Shown here one piece after another: positions 17,654 to 25,680 of a stretch of DNA of 29,993 nucleotides. The position numbers and the translations under genes were made by a program. The notes beneath the pieces are model-generated. The model was not told the DNA's origin, ran no database searches, and was given only the letters and a program-made list of their open reading frames with translations. Within the stretch, counting starts at the first letter, position 1; every line of letters starts with the position of its first letter. The stretch is from a virus (taxonomy: Duplodnaviria; Caudoviricetes): positions 1 to 29,993 of the IMG/VR virus record IMGVR_UViG_3300022742_000004. One strand, given 5' to 3'.

Positions 17654-18098
17654 GGTCGCTGCCCGTCGTTGGTGCGGTGTCGCCATAGCGGTAGGTGTCA
17701 ATCGGTCCGTCTACCGGTTCGCCGGTTTCAAGATCGACCGTGGGCGAACCCTCAAGGCAGGCTGCATGGCATATGCCCATCTCGATATCCGTCGCGCAGA
17801 TATCGTCATCGGCAAGCGCTTCGGCGCAGATCGGGCATGTGTCTTCAGCGGGAACGATAGAAGCCGTAAAGCCGCCGCAGGTATTGACGGCCACCTGGAT
17901 CATGCCAACGATCCACGCGACGTCCTCGTCGGACCTCTCGCGGTTTACATCGACGACAAGAACCGGGACCTCGTCTGCATCGAGGAGTGTACCGGCATCA
18001 TCGGGGCACTGCACCAAGGGCAGCTTGACGCCGTGTTCCGCGAGCGACTGAACAAACCGGCTAATAGTTGCAGGATTTGTGACCTTGATCTCAGTCAT
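17646..18098 (-). CDS. Hypothetical protein with a C-terminal Cys/His (zinc-finger-like) motif
   Basis: CPIC...C...CH..C; AAGGA RBS; overlapping-gene coupling. Confidence 0.6.
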   Translation of the reverse strand: MTEIKVTNPATISRFVQSLAEHGVKLPLVQCPDDAGTLLDADEVPVLVVDVNRERSDEDVAWIVGMIQVAVNTCGGFTASIVPAEDTCPICAEALADDDICATDIEMGICHAACLEGSPTVDLETGEPVDGPIDTYRYGDTAPTTGSDHE

Positions 18099-18489
18099 GA
18101 TCGACGTCCTTCGGATCTGTGGCGTCCTCGCGAAGTTCGTCGGCGTAGGCGCGATAGGCTTCAGCATCAGGAGCGCCATGGGTCACGGGAAACGTCACGT
18201 CCACCTGGGCGAACAGCGGGATCGAGAAGTACTCTTCCCTATTCTCGATCGGATCGTCTTCGACCTCCCAGCTATCTTCGGGCAAGGCGCGCGGGCCATT
18301 GAGGTGGGCGTAAGGTCCGAAGAGCTGAGGCTTGGCGGTCGTGATGAAGCTGTGCAGCCTGTCTGCCGCCGCGGCACAGATGGCGGCCTTCACACCAGAC
18401 AGACGACTGCCTGTTTCCCGCAACGCATTCACAAGCTGTTCATCCGTGCCGCGAAACGTCGCGGCGTGCGTTTCAGGTGCATCCACCAC
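18091..18489 (-). CDS. Hypothetical protein
   Basis: GTG start right after the primase stop, with GGAGG RBS. Confidence 0.6.
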   Translation of the reverse strand: MVDAPETHAATFRGTDEQLVNALRETGSRLSGVKAAICAAAADRLHSFITTAKPQLFGPYAHLNGPRALPEDSWEVEDDPIENREEYFSIPLFAQVDVTFPVTHGAPDAEAYRAYADELREDATDPKDVDHD

Positions 18490-19629
18490 TCAAACCTCCT
18501 GTATCAAATCGTTGAAATCGTTACCCATGATGCTATCCACCGCGATCCACGGCTTGCCGCTGCGGTCCATCGCCTCGCAGACTTGGTCGAACTGTTTTTC
18601 GGTGGTCTTGTGCTTGAAGTGATCCTTCAGCAGCACGATCGAGGAGACGCAGGGCAGCCACACGGGGGCGTTGAGCATGTTGGCCAGGCTGCCGGCCGCC
18701 CAGGCGCGCGCTTCCGGCGCGGTGCGCGCCATCGAGGCCGTGGTCTCGATGCCTTCGCCCATGATGAGCGGATGCGCCTGGCGCGCCGTTTCCGGCGGTT
18801 CGCCTTCAGGGCCGTGGGTCAGGCGAATGACCGCGCCACCCTCCCAGGGCCCGAACATCACCTTGGAGCTTTCCGCCTTCGGATCGCCGATCGGCAGCTT
18901 GCGCGGCCCCATCGGGTCGAGGAACGTCATGTGCACGGCCGAGATCTGCCCAGTCGGCAGACGGCCGGCGGCGTAGATGCAGGGGAAGCTCGGCCCGTCG
19001 GCGATCTTGACGCGCCGGCCGTTCTCGTGCCGGTACTGCGCGCGCGCCCAAAACTCCTGCGCTTCCGTAAAGCGGAACGTCGCCAGGTCCCGGTTCGGCC
19101 AGACCTCGAAGGGGATGCCCCGGGCGGCGAAGTAGCGACGGGCAAAGGCCTCGGCCGTGCTGGCCGCGCCGTCCTGGTAGCCGCGGTGGAAAAGCTTCTC
19201 GGCTTTCAGCATGCGGGCGACCCGCTCGGCCGCTTCCCGCTGCTCGGCCTCGCGCCGCGCCTCCTGCGCCCGGTCGCTCATCTGCCGGCGCTGCGCATAG
19301 GTCATGGTGCGCAGGCCGAGAAAGTCGCGCGCCCAGTCCATCGCAGCCTTGAAGCTGTCGCGGCTCGTCATGTCGCCGCCGCAGGTCAGGTACTGGACGA
19401 GCTTGATCACGTCGCCCTTGTCGCCCGTGCGCCAGTCCTTCCAGGCGCCCACGTCGCGCGTCAGCGCCACCTTGAATTCCGGCGTCTGGCGATAATCGCC
19501 GGTCACCGGATTGTTGGACACCCAAAGCCGCCCCATGCGCCGGCCGTCCGGCAAAAGCCGCAGGCAGACAGCGTCGATCCGATCCTTGAGGCCCTGTTTG
19601 ATTTCCGGAAGATCGCTCTGCAGGGTCAT
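18490..19629 (-). CDS. DNA primase (Toprim, P4-alpha/DUF7146-like)
   Basis: G.W.D..TG.KGD.I.L N-terminal domain, Y..ARGI, AVHMTFL, GEGIET and GNDFND motifs; ATGA-coupled start. Confidence 0.8.
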   Translation of the reverse strand: MTLQSDLPEIKQGLKDRIDAVCLRLLPDGRRMGRLWVSNNPVTGDYRQTPEFKVALTRDVGAWKDWRTGDKGDVIKLVQYLTCGGDMTSRDSFKAAMDWARDFLGLRTMTYAQRRQMSDRAQEARREAEQREAAERVARMLKAEKLFHRGYQDGAASTAEAFARRYFAARGIPFEVWPNRDLATFRFTEAQEFWARAQYRHENGRRVKIADGPSFPCIYAAGRLPTGQISAVHMTFLDPMGPRKLPIGDPKAESSKVMFGPWEGGAVIRLTHGPEGEPPETARQAHPLIMGEGIETTASMARTAPEARAWAAGSLANMLNAPVWLPCVSSIVLLKDHFKHKTTEKQFDQVCEAMDRSGKPWIAVDSIMGNDFNDLIQEV

Positions 19630-19946
19630 GCCGGCGCCCTCACCGTCGGCGCCGGCGTCAGCAGCTGGCGGAACTGGTCGAGGCGGCGCTCGTCGAGGGG
19701 GCGAAAATCCGTTGCGGCAAACGCCCACTCGCCGCCCTCGATCGCGAAGAGCCCGATGCGATGCGAAACGAATTCCTGAAAAAGGAGGCCAAGCTTCTCC
19801 TCGCCGGCGCTGTTGTGCCCGACAAGCGCGGCGCGGATCGTGTAGATCCTGCCTTTAGCCGGCAGCACGCTGGCTGCGTTGCGCCAACCGGTGTGATCCA
19901 CCAAACAAACGACCCGCCGGCCGACCTGATAATCCGCCCAGTTCAT
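19626..19946 (-). CDS. Hypothetical phage protein
   Basis: MNWADYQVGRRVVCL...G.IYTIR...F...DFRPL; ATGA coupling at both ends. Confidence 0.7.
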   Translation of the reverse strand: MNWADYQVGRRVVCLVDHTGWRNAASVLPAKGRIYTIRAALVGHNSAGEEKLGLLFQEFVSHRIGLFAIEGGEWAFAATDFRPLDERRLDQFRQLLTPAPTVRAPA

Positions 19947-20494
19947 CCTTCGAACGCCCCCTCGACTGCCGCGAGGATCCGCGCGATTTCCGCGTCGGTG
20001 TCGCGAAGCTCTTCCAGGTCCTGCAGGGCCTTGCACACATTCGCCTTGCTCATCGAGGCGGCGCGGGCGATGTCGGCTTGCGGGATGTTGAGATATTGGC
20101 TGGCAATGTAGAGGGCGATCCGGCGCAGCCTGGCGGCGCGCAGCCATTGCGGATCCGCCGTCGCCCGCCGGCCGGGATCGGCATCGAGGATGAAGCGCGG
20201 CAGCACGTTGGCCGTCTGCGCGACGAAAGAAATGCAGAGCCGATACTGCGCGGCCGCCCGGCTTTCCCACGGCGTCTTTCCGTCGGTTCCCTTCTCAAGC
20301 TCAGAAAGCCGATGAACGCGCTTCAACTCGGAGAGCGCCAGGCGAATGCGCTGGATGGTATGCGGACGCAGCGGACGCATGCCGGTGCGGATCATGTAGA
20401 GGTGGCGAGGCGCCATCTTCGCCATACGCATGACGGCGTCCTCGGCAAACCCTGCCTCGGCGATCGCGGTGTCTATGTCGGCAATGCAATTCAT
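19943..20494 (-). CDS. Two-HTH transcription regulator with a DnaA-C-terminal-like HTH; candidate late activator
   Basis: N-terminal XRE-like segment; C-terminal R.IALYIA...LNIPQADIARAASMSKANVCKALQDLEELRD. Confidence 0.6.
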   Translation of the reverse strand: MNCIADIDTAIAEAGFAEDAVMRMAKMAPRHLYMIRTGMRPLRPHTIQRIRLALSELKRVHRLSELEKGTDGKTPWESRAAAQYRLCISFVAQTANVLPRFILDADPGRRATADPQWLRAARLRRIALYIASQYLNIPQADIARAASMSKANVCKALQDLEELRDTDAEIARILAAVEGAFEG

Positions 20495-20549
20495 TTCCAG
20501 CCCTGCAAAACAGGCCGAACGCAATACAAATCGGCGTGGTCAAATTGGT

Positions 20550-20882
20550 CTAAAGCTCTGTCGGGTCAGCCTTCGGCCACCGGCGCGCTGCGTCCTGGGC
20601 CTCTGCCCAGTCCATCAGCTCGCGGCCGGCAAGCAGAAGCATCTCGATCGTCGCCGCCGCCGGCAGCCCCGACGCCGGATCACGCGTCGCGCTCTGCCCG
20701 ACGATGATCGTCTCGAGGTAGTCGATGCCGACATGAAATCCGGCCAGCATCAGACGGTTGCGGATGGTCATGTCGTAGCGGCGCAGGATCGCGATCGGGC
20801 ACGCCAGCAGCCATCGCGCCCGCTCGACATTGCTTCGCGCTTCGGCCAGCTCGGCAATGATTGGCAGCAGTTCGTTCGTCAT
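20550..20882 (-). CDS. Hypothetical protein
   Basis: 110 aa, ATGA-coupled. Confidence 0.65.
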   Translation of the reverse strand: MTNELLPIIAELAEARSNVERARWLLACPIAILRRYDMTIRNRLMLAGFHVGIDYLETIIVGQSATRDPASGLPAAATIEMLLLAGRELMDWAEAQDAARRWPKADPTEL

Positions 20883-21706
20883 GCCGGCACCTGCGGAAAC
20901 GCGTCGTGCTCGACATGGTCGAGCGTCCGGCCCGAAAGCTTCTTGCCGACCCGCCGCACGGTGGCGCCGTCCTCAAACGTGAAATGCTGACCAGGCCCCG
21001 CGACTTCGGAGACCGACACCCACTCGCCGTTCTGCTTGTGGTGAAAGGGCACGCCCGCCGCCACAGCCTGGTCGCGAAGGGAACGGAACCAGTCGGGATG
21101 CGTCGGACGCGCGCTGTGTGTGCCCTGGTCCGTCTCGCCGCCGGTGATGACCCACCCGGGCATCAGCCCTGTCGGTATGATGACGGGCCCGAGCAACGGC
21201 TCGAAAGAGCCGAAGGTAAACAGCGGCTGCAGCTCGATCCTGGCGACCTCAAGGGCGGCCAGATTGATATCCGCCCGCTTCTGATCCTCGACTGTCGTGC
21301 CGAGCGCCACGTTTGCCGGCAGCCCGCCGGCGGCGTCCGCCAGCTTCACGATGTTCTGCGGCCGCTTCGTCAGCAGCAGGTAGACCAGGCGCGGCGTCCG
21401 CCGCATCACGTCGAAAGCATCGGCGCGCCATTCCGGCGGCACCTGGTTGTCGAAGACATCGGCGAGGCTGGCGCAGAACACGAACGGCCTGTCGCCATCC
21501 CGCTCCGCTTGGCGCTGCCAGCGCAAAGGGTCATTCCACGTATGATCGCCGGTGCGCTTGCGCTCCTGCCCCCAGCGCACCTTGCCGAACCGTCCGTCCA
21601 TCAGGGCCTCGGCATAGCAGCCGTCGCAGGCCGGCGAGATCTTCGTGCACCCGATCCAGGGGTTCCAGGTGTGCCGTGTCCAGGAAATGCCGGAGTTCTC
21701 AGCCAT
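20879..21706 (-). CDS. Phage Gp37/Gp68 (DUF5131) protein, three-Cys radical-SAM-like
   Basis: ISWTRHTWNPWIGCTKISPACDGCYA, VFCASLADVF, LLTKRP, SFEPLLG and WVITGGE motifs. Confidence 0.92.
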   Translation of the reverse strand: MAENSGISWTRHTWNPWIGCTKISPACDGCYAEALMDGRFGKVRWGQERKRTGDHTWNDPLRWQRQAERDGDRPFVFCASLADVFDNQVPPEWRADAFDVMRRTPRLVYLLLTKRPQNIVKLADAAGGLPANVALGTTVEDQKRADINLAALEVARIELQPLFTFGSFEPLLGPVIIPTGLMPGWVITGGETDQGTHSARPTHPDWFRSLRDQAVAAGVPFHHKQNGEWVSVSEVAGPGQHFTFEDGATVRRVGKKLSGRTLDHVEHDAFPQVPA

Positions 21707-22514
21707 CAGTCTTGACCCCGATGGTGATGTGGTTTTGCTGGAGCTGCTTGTTGTAGATCTCGACGAGCGCCTTGGTCACTGCGAGCGGCGCATCACCGCC
21801 GCCCATCTTGCGGAGTGCCTCCGCATCCGCCGTCAGGATCCTGCGATCCTTGCTTTTCAGCTTGAGGATCATGCGATCTGCGTCGATCGCGCGCTTGTTG
21901 TTGCGGTAGAGCCGGGCCAGCGCCTGGATCATCACCCCGTTGAGCGCGCCATTGTCCTTTGACCAAGCCTCGCGAAGCGTCCTGCAGGCAAGCGTCACGG
22001 CAGCATCGCCATAGGAGCGGATGGCCCGCTCGATCGCGCTGATCGAGCTGGTGCGGTTCGGCGCCGGCGATTTCGTCCCGGCCGGAACCACCTCGCACCC
22101 GGCGTCCTCGAGCACGCTGCAGATCCGCATCATCATTTCGTCGCCGGCCTCGATGCCGGCCCAGTATTTTTCGACCGTGCTGATCGACGAGCGGTTGATG
22201 TTGACGCCCAGGAAGCTTTGCGCCTCCTCGAAGGATTGCGCGAGCGTGACGATCACCGCCGGCACGCTGTCGATCGCGGGATGTTGACGCGCCGCTTCAT
22301 AGCGGTGCTGTCCGTCGTAGACGGTGAAGCGCCCATCCTCCTGCCGAACGAGCATAAGCGCCCCGAACTGCGACCAGGCAAAATCCCGCAGGATCTGCGC
22401 CACACGCCGCGGCTTCAAGGGGCGCTGATAACTGGTGTCGACGTGGATGCTCTCCAGCGCCACCCATTCGAGATCCGGCGCCTGGCCGATATCCATGTTC
22501 ACAGGCTGCTGCAT
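21699..22514 (-). CDS. ParB/Srx-like N-terminal domain protein (DUF6551-like)
   Basis: IHVDTSYQR, F.W..FG, V.DGQHR..AA and EA..F...N motifs; ATG 22514 overlaps the upstream stop. Confidence 0.8.
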   Translation of the reverse strand: MQQPVNMDIGQAPDLEWVALESIHVDTSYQRPLKPRRVAQILRDFAWSQFGALMLVRQEDGRFTVYDGQHRYEAARQHPAIDSVPAVIVTLAQSFEEAQSFLGVNINRSSISTVEKYWAGIEAGDEMMMRICSVLEDAGCEVVPAGTKSPAPNRTSSISAIERAIRSYGDAAVTLACRTLREAWSKDNGALNGVMIQALARLYRNNKRAIDADRMILKLKSKDRRILTADAEALRKMGGGDAPLAVTKALVEIYNKQLQQNHITIGVKTDG

Positions 22515-22807
22515 CAGACCAATCTCCCCTGGTCGCCATCGAAAACAGGTTCCTCGCGCGCCGGTCGACGCCCGCCGCCGGCCTTGATGCCGCGCAGCAG
22601 CTCGAGCGAAAGCGTCGCCGCGCCCGGCGCGATCTCGATGATCGTCCCGGCCTTGCTGGTGAAGAGGCTCACCACGTCGACACCCGGCCAGCCGTCGTCG
22701 GCGATCAGCGCATTGAGCGTGTCGACCATGCCTTGGTGGTTGGCGGTGTTGCGCACGGGATCGCGATCGACCTCGCAGCTGTAGGCGATGGCAGCGATCC
22801 GGCTCAT
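22514..22807 (-). CDS. Hypothetical protein
   Basis: 97 aa, ATGA-coupled to the cro-like gene. Confidence 0.65.
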   Translation of the reverse strand: MSRIAAIAYSCEVDRDPVRNTANHQGMVDTLNALIADDGWPGVDVVSLFTSKAGTIIEIAPGAATLSLELLRGIKAGGGRRPAREEPVFDGDQGRLV

Positions 22808-23016
22808 GGCGCACCGCCAATCTTGGCAAGCTCTGCTCGGCGCTCGTCGATCATTTCATCGAGGGCGACCTCAAGCTTCTTGAGCGTCGTCTCACTCAGC
22901 GAGCGGCGGTTGCTTTTGCGGGCCGTGTACGTTGTCTCGTGGACATTCGCCCGCTCGCAGAGATCCTTCTGCAGGATGCCTGCGGCAGCACGCTTGGCCT
23001 CGATCTGTGGGAACAT
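22804..23016 (-). CDS. Cro-like XRE HTH regulator
   Basis: 70 aa HTH (ILQKDLCERANVHETTY...TLKKLE), divergent from the cI-like gene. Confidence 0.8.
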   Translation of the reverse strand: MFPQIEAKRAAAGILQKDLCERANVHETTYTARKSNRRSLSETTLKKLEVALDEMIDERRAELAKIGGAP

Positions 23017-23017
23017 G

Positions 23018-23076
23018 GCAAATCACCTTGTCAACTGATTTGCTTAATGGGATAAGCGAATTTGCTTATTTGGCAA
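23018..23076. promoter_or_regulatory. Immunity-region operators and leftward lytic promoter
   Basis: Palindrome ATAAGC-N6-GCTTAT (23052-23069); inverted GCAAATCA pair (23018-23025 / 23036-23043); minus-strand TTGCCA-N16-TATCCC overlapping the palindrome. Confidence 0.7.
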
Positions 23077-23126
23077 GGTGCTTTTTTGTGACTGCGTTAG
23101 CACTTCCACACATTAATGTTTCGCGT

Positions 23127-23738
23127 ATGGCGACAGATCAGCGCGAAACAAAAGAATGGCTTCGAGCGATTGCACGACACATGAACCTGTCGCCGTCGCA
23201 GCTCGCCTTGAATTCTGGCATGGCCGCCTCGACGCTGACCCGCTACCTGAACGACCAATCGAATAGCGTCGGGATCAACCAGAGCAGCATCGAGAAGGTC
23301 GCCCACTACTCCGGCTTTCGCCCGTTACAGATGCCGGGCGGCGCACGGCCGGGTACAGCCGAACCCGACACCATCCCGCTCCGCCAGGACAATACAGAAT
23401 GGCCGTCGTGGATCGAGGCAGCCGTTACCGCTGCCTTGTCCGGCAAAAACGGTATTGAGCCCTGGGTAATGAAGGGCGCCGCATTGGACGGCATAGGCGT
23501 TATGCCCGGCGACATCGTCATCATCGACCGCAGCGCCCGCGCCAAGCCAGGCGATGTTGTGCTCGTTGAGGTGAAGGACTTCAACTCCAACACCAGTGAC
23601 AATCTTCTGCGCCTCTACCAGACGCCGTTTGTCACGACGCATTCCATGCGCCTCGGCCCAGGACGGCCCGAGCATGTCGACGATGTGCGCGTGATAATCT
23701 CCGGCGTATCCGTCGGCACGATCCGCGCTCAGCACTGA
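23127..23738 (+). CDS. CI-like repressor (XRE HTH plus degenerate S24 domain)
   Basis: LSPSQLALNSGMAASTLTRYLN HTH; PGDIVIID...PGDVVL S24-like core; the expected catalytic motifs read GAAL and LLRLY. Confidence 0.85.
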   Translation: MATDQRETKEWLRAIARHMNLSPSQLALNSGMAASTLTRYLNDQSNSVGINQSSIEKVAHYSGFRPLQMPGGARPGTAEPDTIPLRQDNTEWPSWIEAAVTAALSGKNGIEPWVMKGAALDGIGVMPGDIVIIDRSARAKPGDVVLVEVKDFNSNTSDNLLRLYQTPFVTTHSMRLGPGRPEHVDDVRVIISGVSVGTIRAQH

Positions 23739-23757
23739 CTGTCGCAAACGCGCGCAT

Positions 23758-23885
23758 CGCAGTGAACTGCGTAACGCTACGCCATAACCCCCCACACTGA
23801 ACCACGTAACGCTACGCCCTTGGCGTGCGCAGTGAACTGCGTAACGCTACGCCGTGCACCCCCGCAGTGAACTGCGTAACGCTAC
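23758..23885 (+). repeat. Tandem array of four 26-bp repeats with 9-bp variable spacers (35-bp period)
   Basis: CGCAGTGAACTGCGTAACGCTACGCC at 23758 and 23828; 22/26 variant at 23793; first 23 nt at 23863; spacers ATAACCCCC, CTTGGCGTG, GTGCACCCC. Confidence 0.95.
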
Positions 23886-23945
23886 AAATCAGCGGTACTC
23901 TGCATTGTGCGGCGCGAAGGATCATCAGCACGTATTTGCGCTCCT

Positions 23946-24006
23946 GCAAATCATGCTTGCTGTAATAAGCATTTTCGCTTATCGTTTTTCCGTGATGCAA
24001 ATCACC
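23946..24006 (+). promoter_or_regulatory. Rightward early promoter with repressor operator
   Basis: TTGCTG (23957-23962)-N17-TATCGT (23980-23985) overlapped by ATAAGC-N6-GCTTAT (23965-23982); GCAAATCA at 23946 and 23997. Confidence 0.75.
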
Positions 24007-24026
24007 TCAACGGGAGAACGCGAAAC

Positions 24027-24326
24027 ATGATCCCTCAGAACGAACCCCAGCCATGGATGACGGCGCAGGACGTCGCCGATCTGCTTGGCTATACCCTGCA
24101 GACATTCGCACGCTACAAGCGCCGGCTGATCACGGAAGAGGCTTTGCCGCGTCCGGTCCCGGGCGGCCGCTTCAACCGCGCCGCTGTCCTGCGCTGGCAT
24201 GAGACCTACGCCGACAGGAAGGCCAAGGCCGAAGCCGAAGCGCTCGGCCGCACCGTTGCCTCCCTGCGCGTCGGCGCCGACCGCTCGCGCCTCGAGGACA
24301 AGTACGTCGCGAGGAACGCGGCATGA
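24027..24326 (+). CDS. AlpA/Xis-like winged-HTH protein (putative excisionase)
   Basis: MTAQDVADLLGY...LP.P...RF.R..V..W; first gene of the operon that ends in the integrase. Confidence 0.7.
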   Translation: MIPQNEPQPWMTAQDVADLLGYTLQTFARYKRRLITEEALPRPVPGGRFNRAAVLRWHETYADRKAKAEAEALGRTVASLRVGADRSRLEDKYVARNAA

Positions 24327-24595
24327 TCCGTTTCCACTTCGAAGACCACGGCCAGGACTTCCTCTTTTGGGACGTCGAAGACAACGGGGCCGGCGTCGGA
24401 AAGGTCGTCGACGCCGGCCCCTTCCAGGCATGGGCCTGGGCGGATGGCAGGCACTACGTCAACTTGCGCGAGCCGCACGACGCCGGCGACTGCCTCACCT
24501 TCACCGAAGATCTCGCCCTGTCGATGGAGACCGGACACGCCCGGTCGCTTCGTTACCCCATCGAACGGGTCGAGCAGATGGAGGGCCGGGCATGA
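24323..24595 (+). CDS. Hypothetical phage protein
   Basis: FEDHGQDFL.W...GPFQAW.W motif; ATGA-coupled. Confidence 0.7.
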   Translation: MIRFHFEDHGQDFLFWDVEDNGAGVGKVVDAGPFQAWAWADGRHYVNLREPHDAGDCLTFTEDLALSMETGHARSLRYPIERVEQMEGRA

Positions 24596-24918
24596 ACAAG
24601 GTCCTTCACACCGGCCTCGACATCGCCGACGCCTTGACCTGCGAACATGCCCTCACGCGCATCGTCGCCCGCGGCACCGTCAGCGGCTGGATCGAGCAGC
24701 TGAGTGACTGGGTCAACGACGAGGTTCGCCGCCCGGGTGGCGACCCCTTGTTGGTGGTGCAGGGCATGTCGATGCTTTTCATCCAGACGATCGGCAGCGT
24801 CGCCGCCCAAGTGAGCCCGCCCGCCGGCGACCAGATCCTTAAGAAGGCTTTGATCTCCCAGGTCGAGGCCGACTTGATCAAGCATATGGAGCGGACAAGG
24901 GAGCTTGCCCGGCCATGA
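24592..24918 (+). CDS. Hypothetical protein
   Basis: MNKVLHTG..., GGAGG RBS, ATGA-coupled. Confidence 0.65.
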   Translation: MNKVLHTGLDIADALTCEHALTRIVARGTVSGWIEQLSDWVNDEVRRPGGDPLLVVQGMSMLFIQTIGSVAAQVSPPAGDQILKKALISQVEADLIKHMERTRELARP

Positions 24919-25181
24919 TCACATCCGCCAGTGAAAACCCCGCCGCGATTGCGCCGCACAAGGCGCTAACCCGCAAGCAGCAGCAGGCGGTCATCGCGAT
25001 CGGCCAGTACCGGCATATCCGAAAGATCCGCAACAGCTGGGAAGTCGGCCCTCATCGCTTCTCGCAGTCCCTCGTGGATGCGCTCGTTCAGCGCCACCTG
25101 GCGCGGGAAGTCAGCCGCTCGCTCTCGCTCACGCTCGCTGGGCAGCTGGCCGAGATGCGCCTCAAGGAGCGCCAGCAATGA
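24915..25181 (+). CDS. Hypothetical protein (possible winged-helix)
   Basis: 88 aa, ATGA-coupled. Confidence 0.65.
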   Translation: MITSASENPAAIAPHKALTRKQQQAVIAIGQYRHIRKIRNSWEVGPHRFSQSLVDALVQRHLAREVSRSLSLTLAGQLAEMRLKERQQ

Positions 25182-25432
25182 CGGTCGATGACACCTTCGC
25201 CCAGCTGCAGCGCCTCGCCTCTGTCGAAGACGAGCTGATGCACCGTCTGTTTCGGGATCTGCAGGACTACGCCGCGGCGCGCGACGATCTCGATCGCATG
25301 ATGCAGTTGCAGGTCCAGCTGCGGGCCGAACGGTCGGCGCTGCTGATCCAGGCGGCGGAGGTCACCGGCCGGAGCGCCACCATCCACCGCCTGTCGGCCT
25401 TCCGGCGGCCGGCGCTGAGGGTCGTGCAATGA
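25178..25432 (+). CDS. Hypothetical coiled-coil protein
   Basis: AAGGAG RBS, ATGA-coupled. Confidence 0.65.
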   Translation: MTVDDTFAQLQRLASVEDELMHRLFRDLQDYAAARDDLDRMMQLQVQLRAERSALLIQAAEVTGRSATIHRLSAFRRPALRVVQ

Positions 25433-25563
25433 CCGCCGTGCTCGACTTCATCGACAACGTTCCGCCGCTGACCATCCAGCAATGGCTTGTCTGCGTCGTG
25501 CCCCTGCTGATCGGCCAGGCCGTGATCCTCCTGCCCGCCGGTTTCTGGCGGCGGCGCAAGTGA
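25429..25563 (+). CDS. 44-aa single-pass membrane peptide
   Basis: Manual translation MTAVLDFIDNVPPLTIQQWLVCVVPLLIGQAVILLPAGFWRRRK; ATGA-coupled; below the ORF-track cutoff. Confidence 0.6.
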   Translation: MTAVLDFIDNVPPLTIQQWLVCVVPLLIGQAVILLPAGFWRRRK

Positions 25564-25637
25564 ACCTCCCGGCGGCCGATCGTTCCCCCTCGGCCGCCGC
25601 CCACCGGAAAGCTTCATGACGAGGCGATCCGGCCCTC

Positions 25638-25680
25638 GCTCGGCGGTCTTTGTTTCGCGTGGCCGCCGAGCATTTTTTTT
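25638..25680 (+). terminator. Intrinsic terminator inside the xis-int operon
   Basis: GCTCGGCGGTC / GGCCGCCGAGC stem followed by ATTTTTTTT. Confidence 0.7.

Noticed and set aside
23758-23885. CRISPR mini-array, TIGR array or type III toxin-antitoxin repeats
   Set aside because: Spacers of 9 bp are too short for CRISPR and no cas genes are present. TIGR units have two repeats and two spacers and need a Nop-domain Tas protein, and none is recognisable in the window. No ToxN/AbiQ-like gene follows, although a mimic role cannot be formally excluded.
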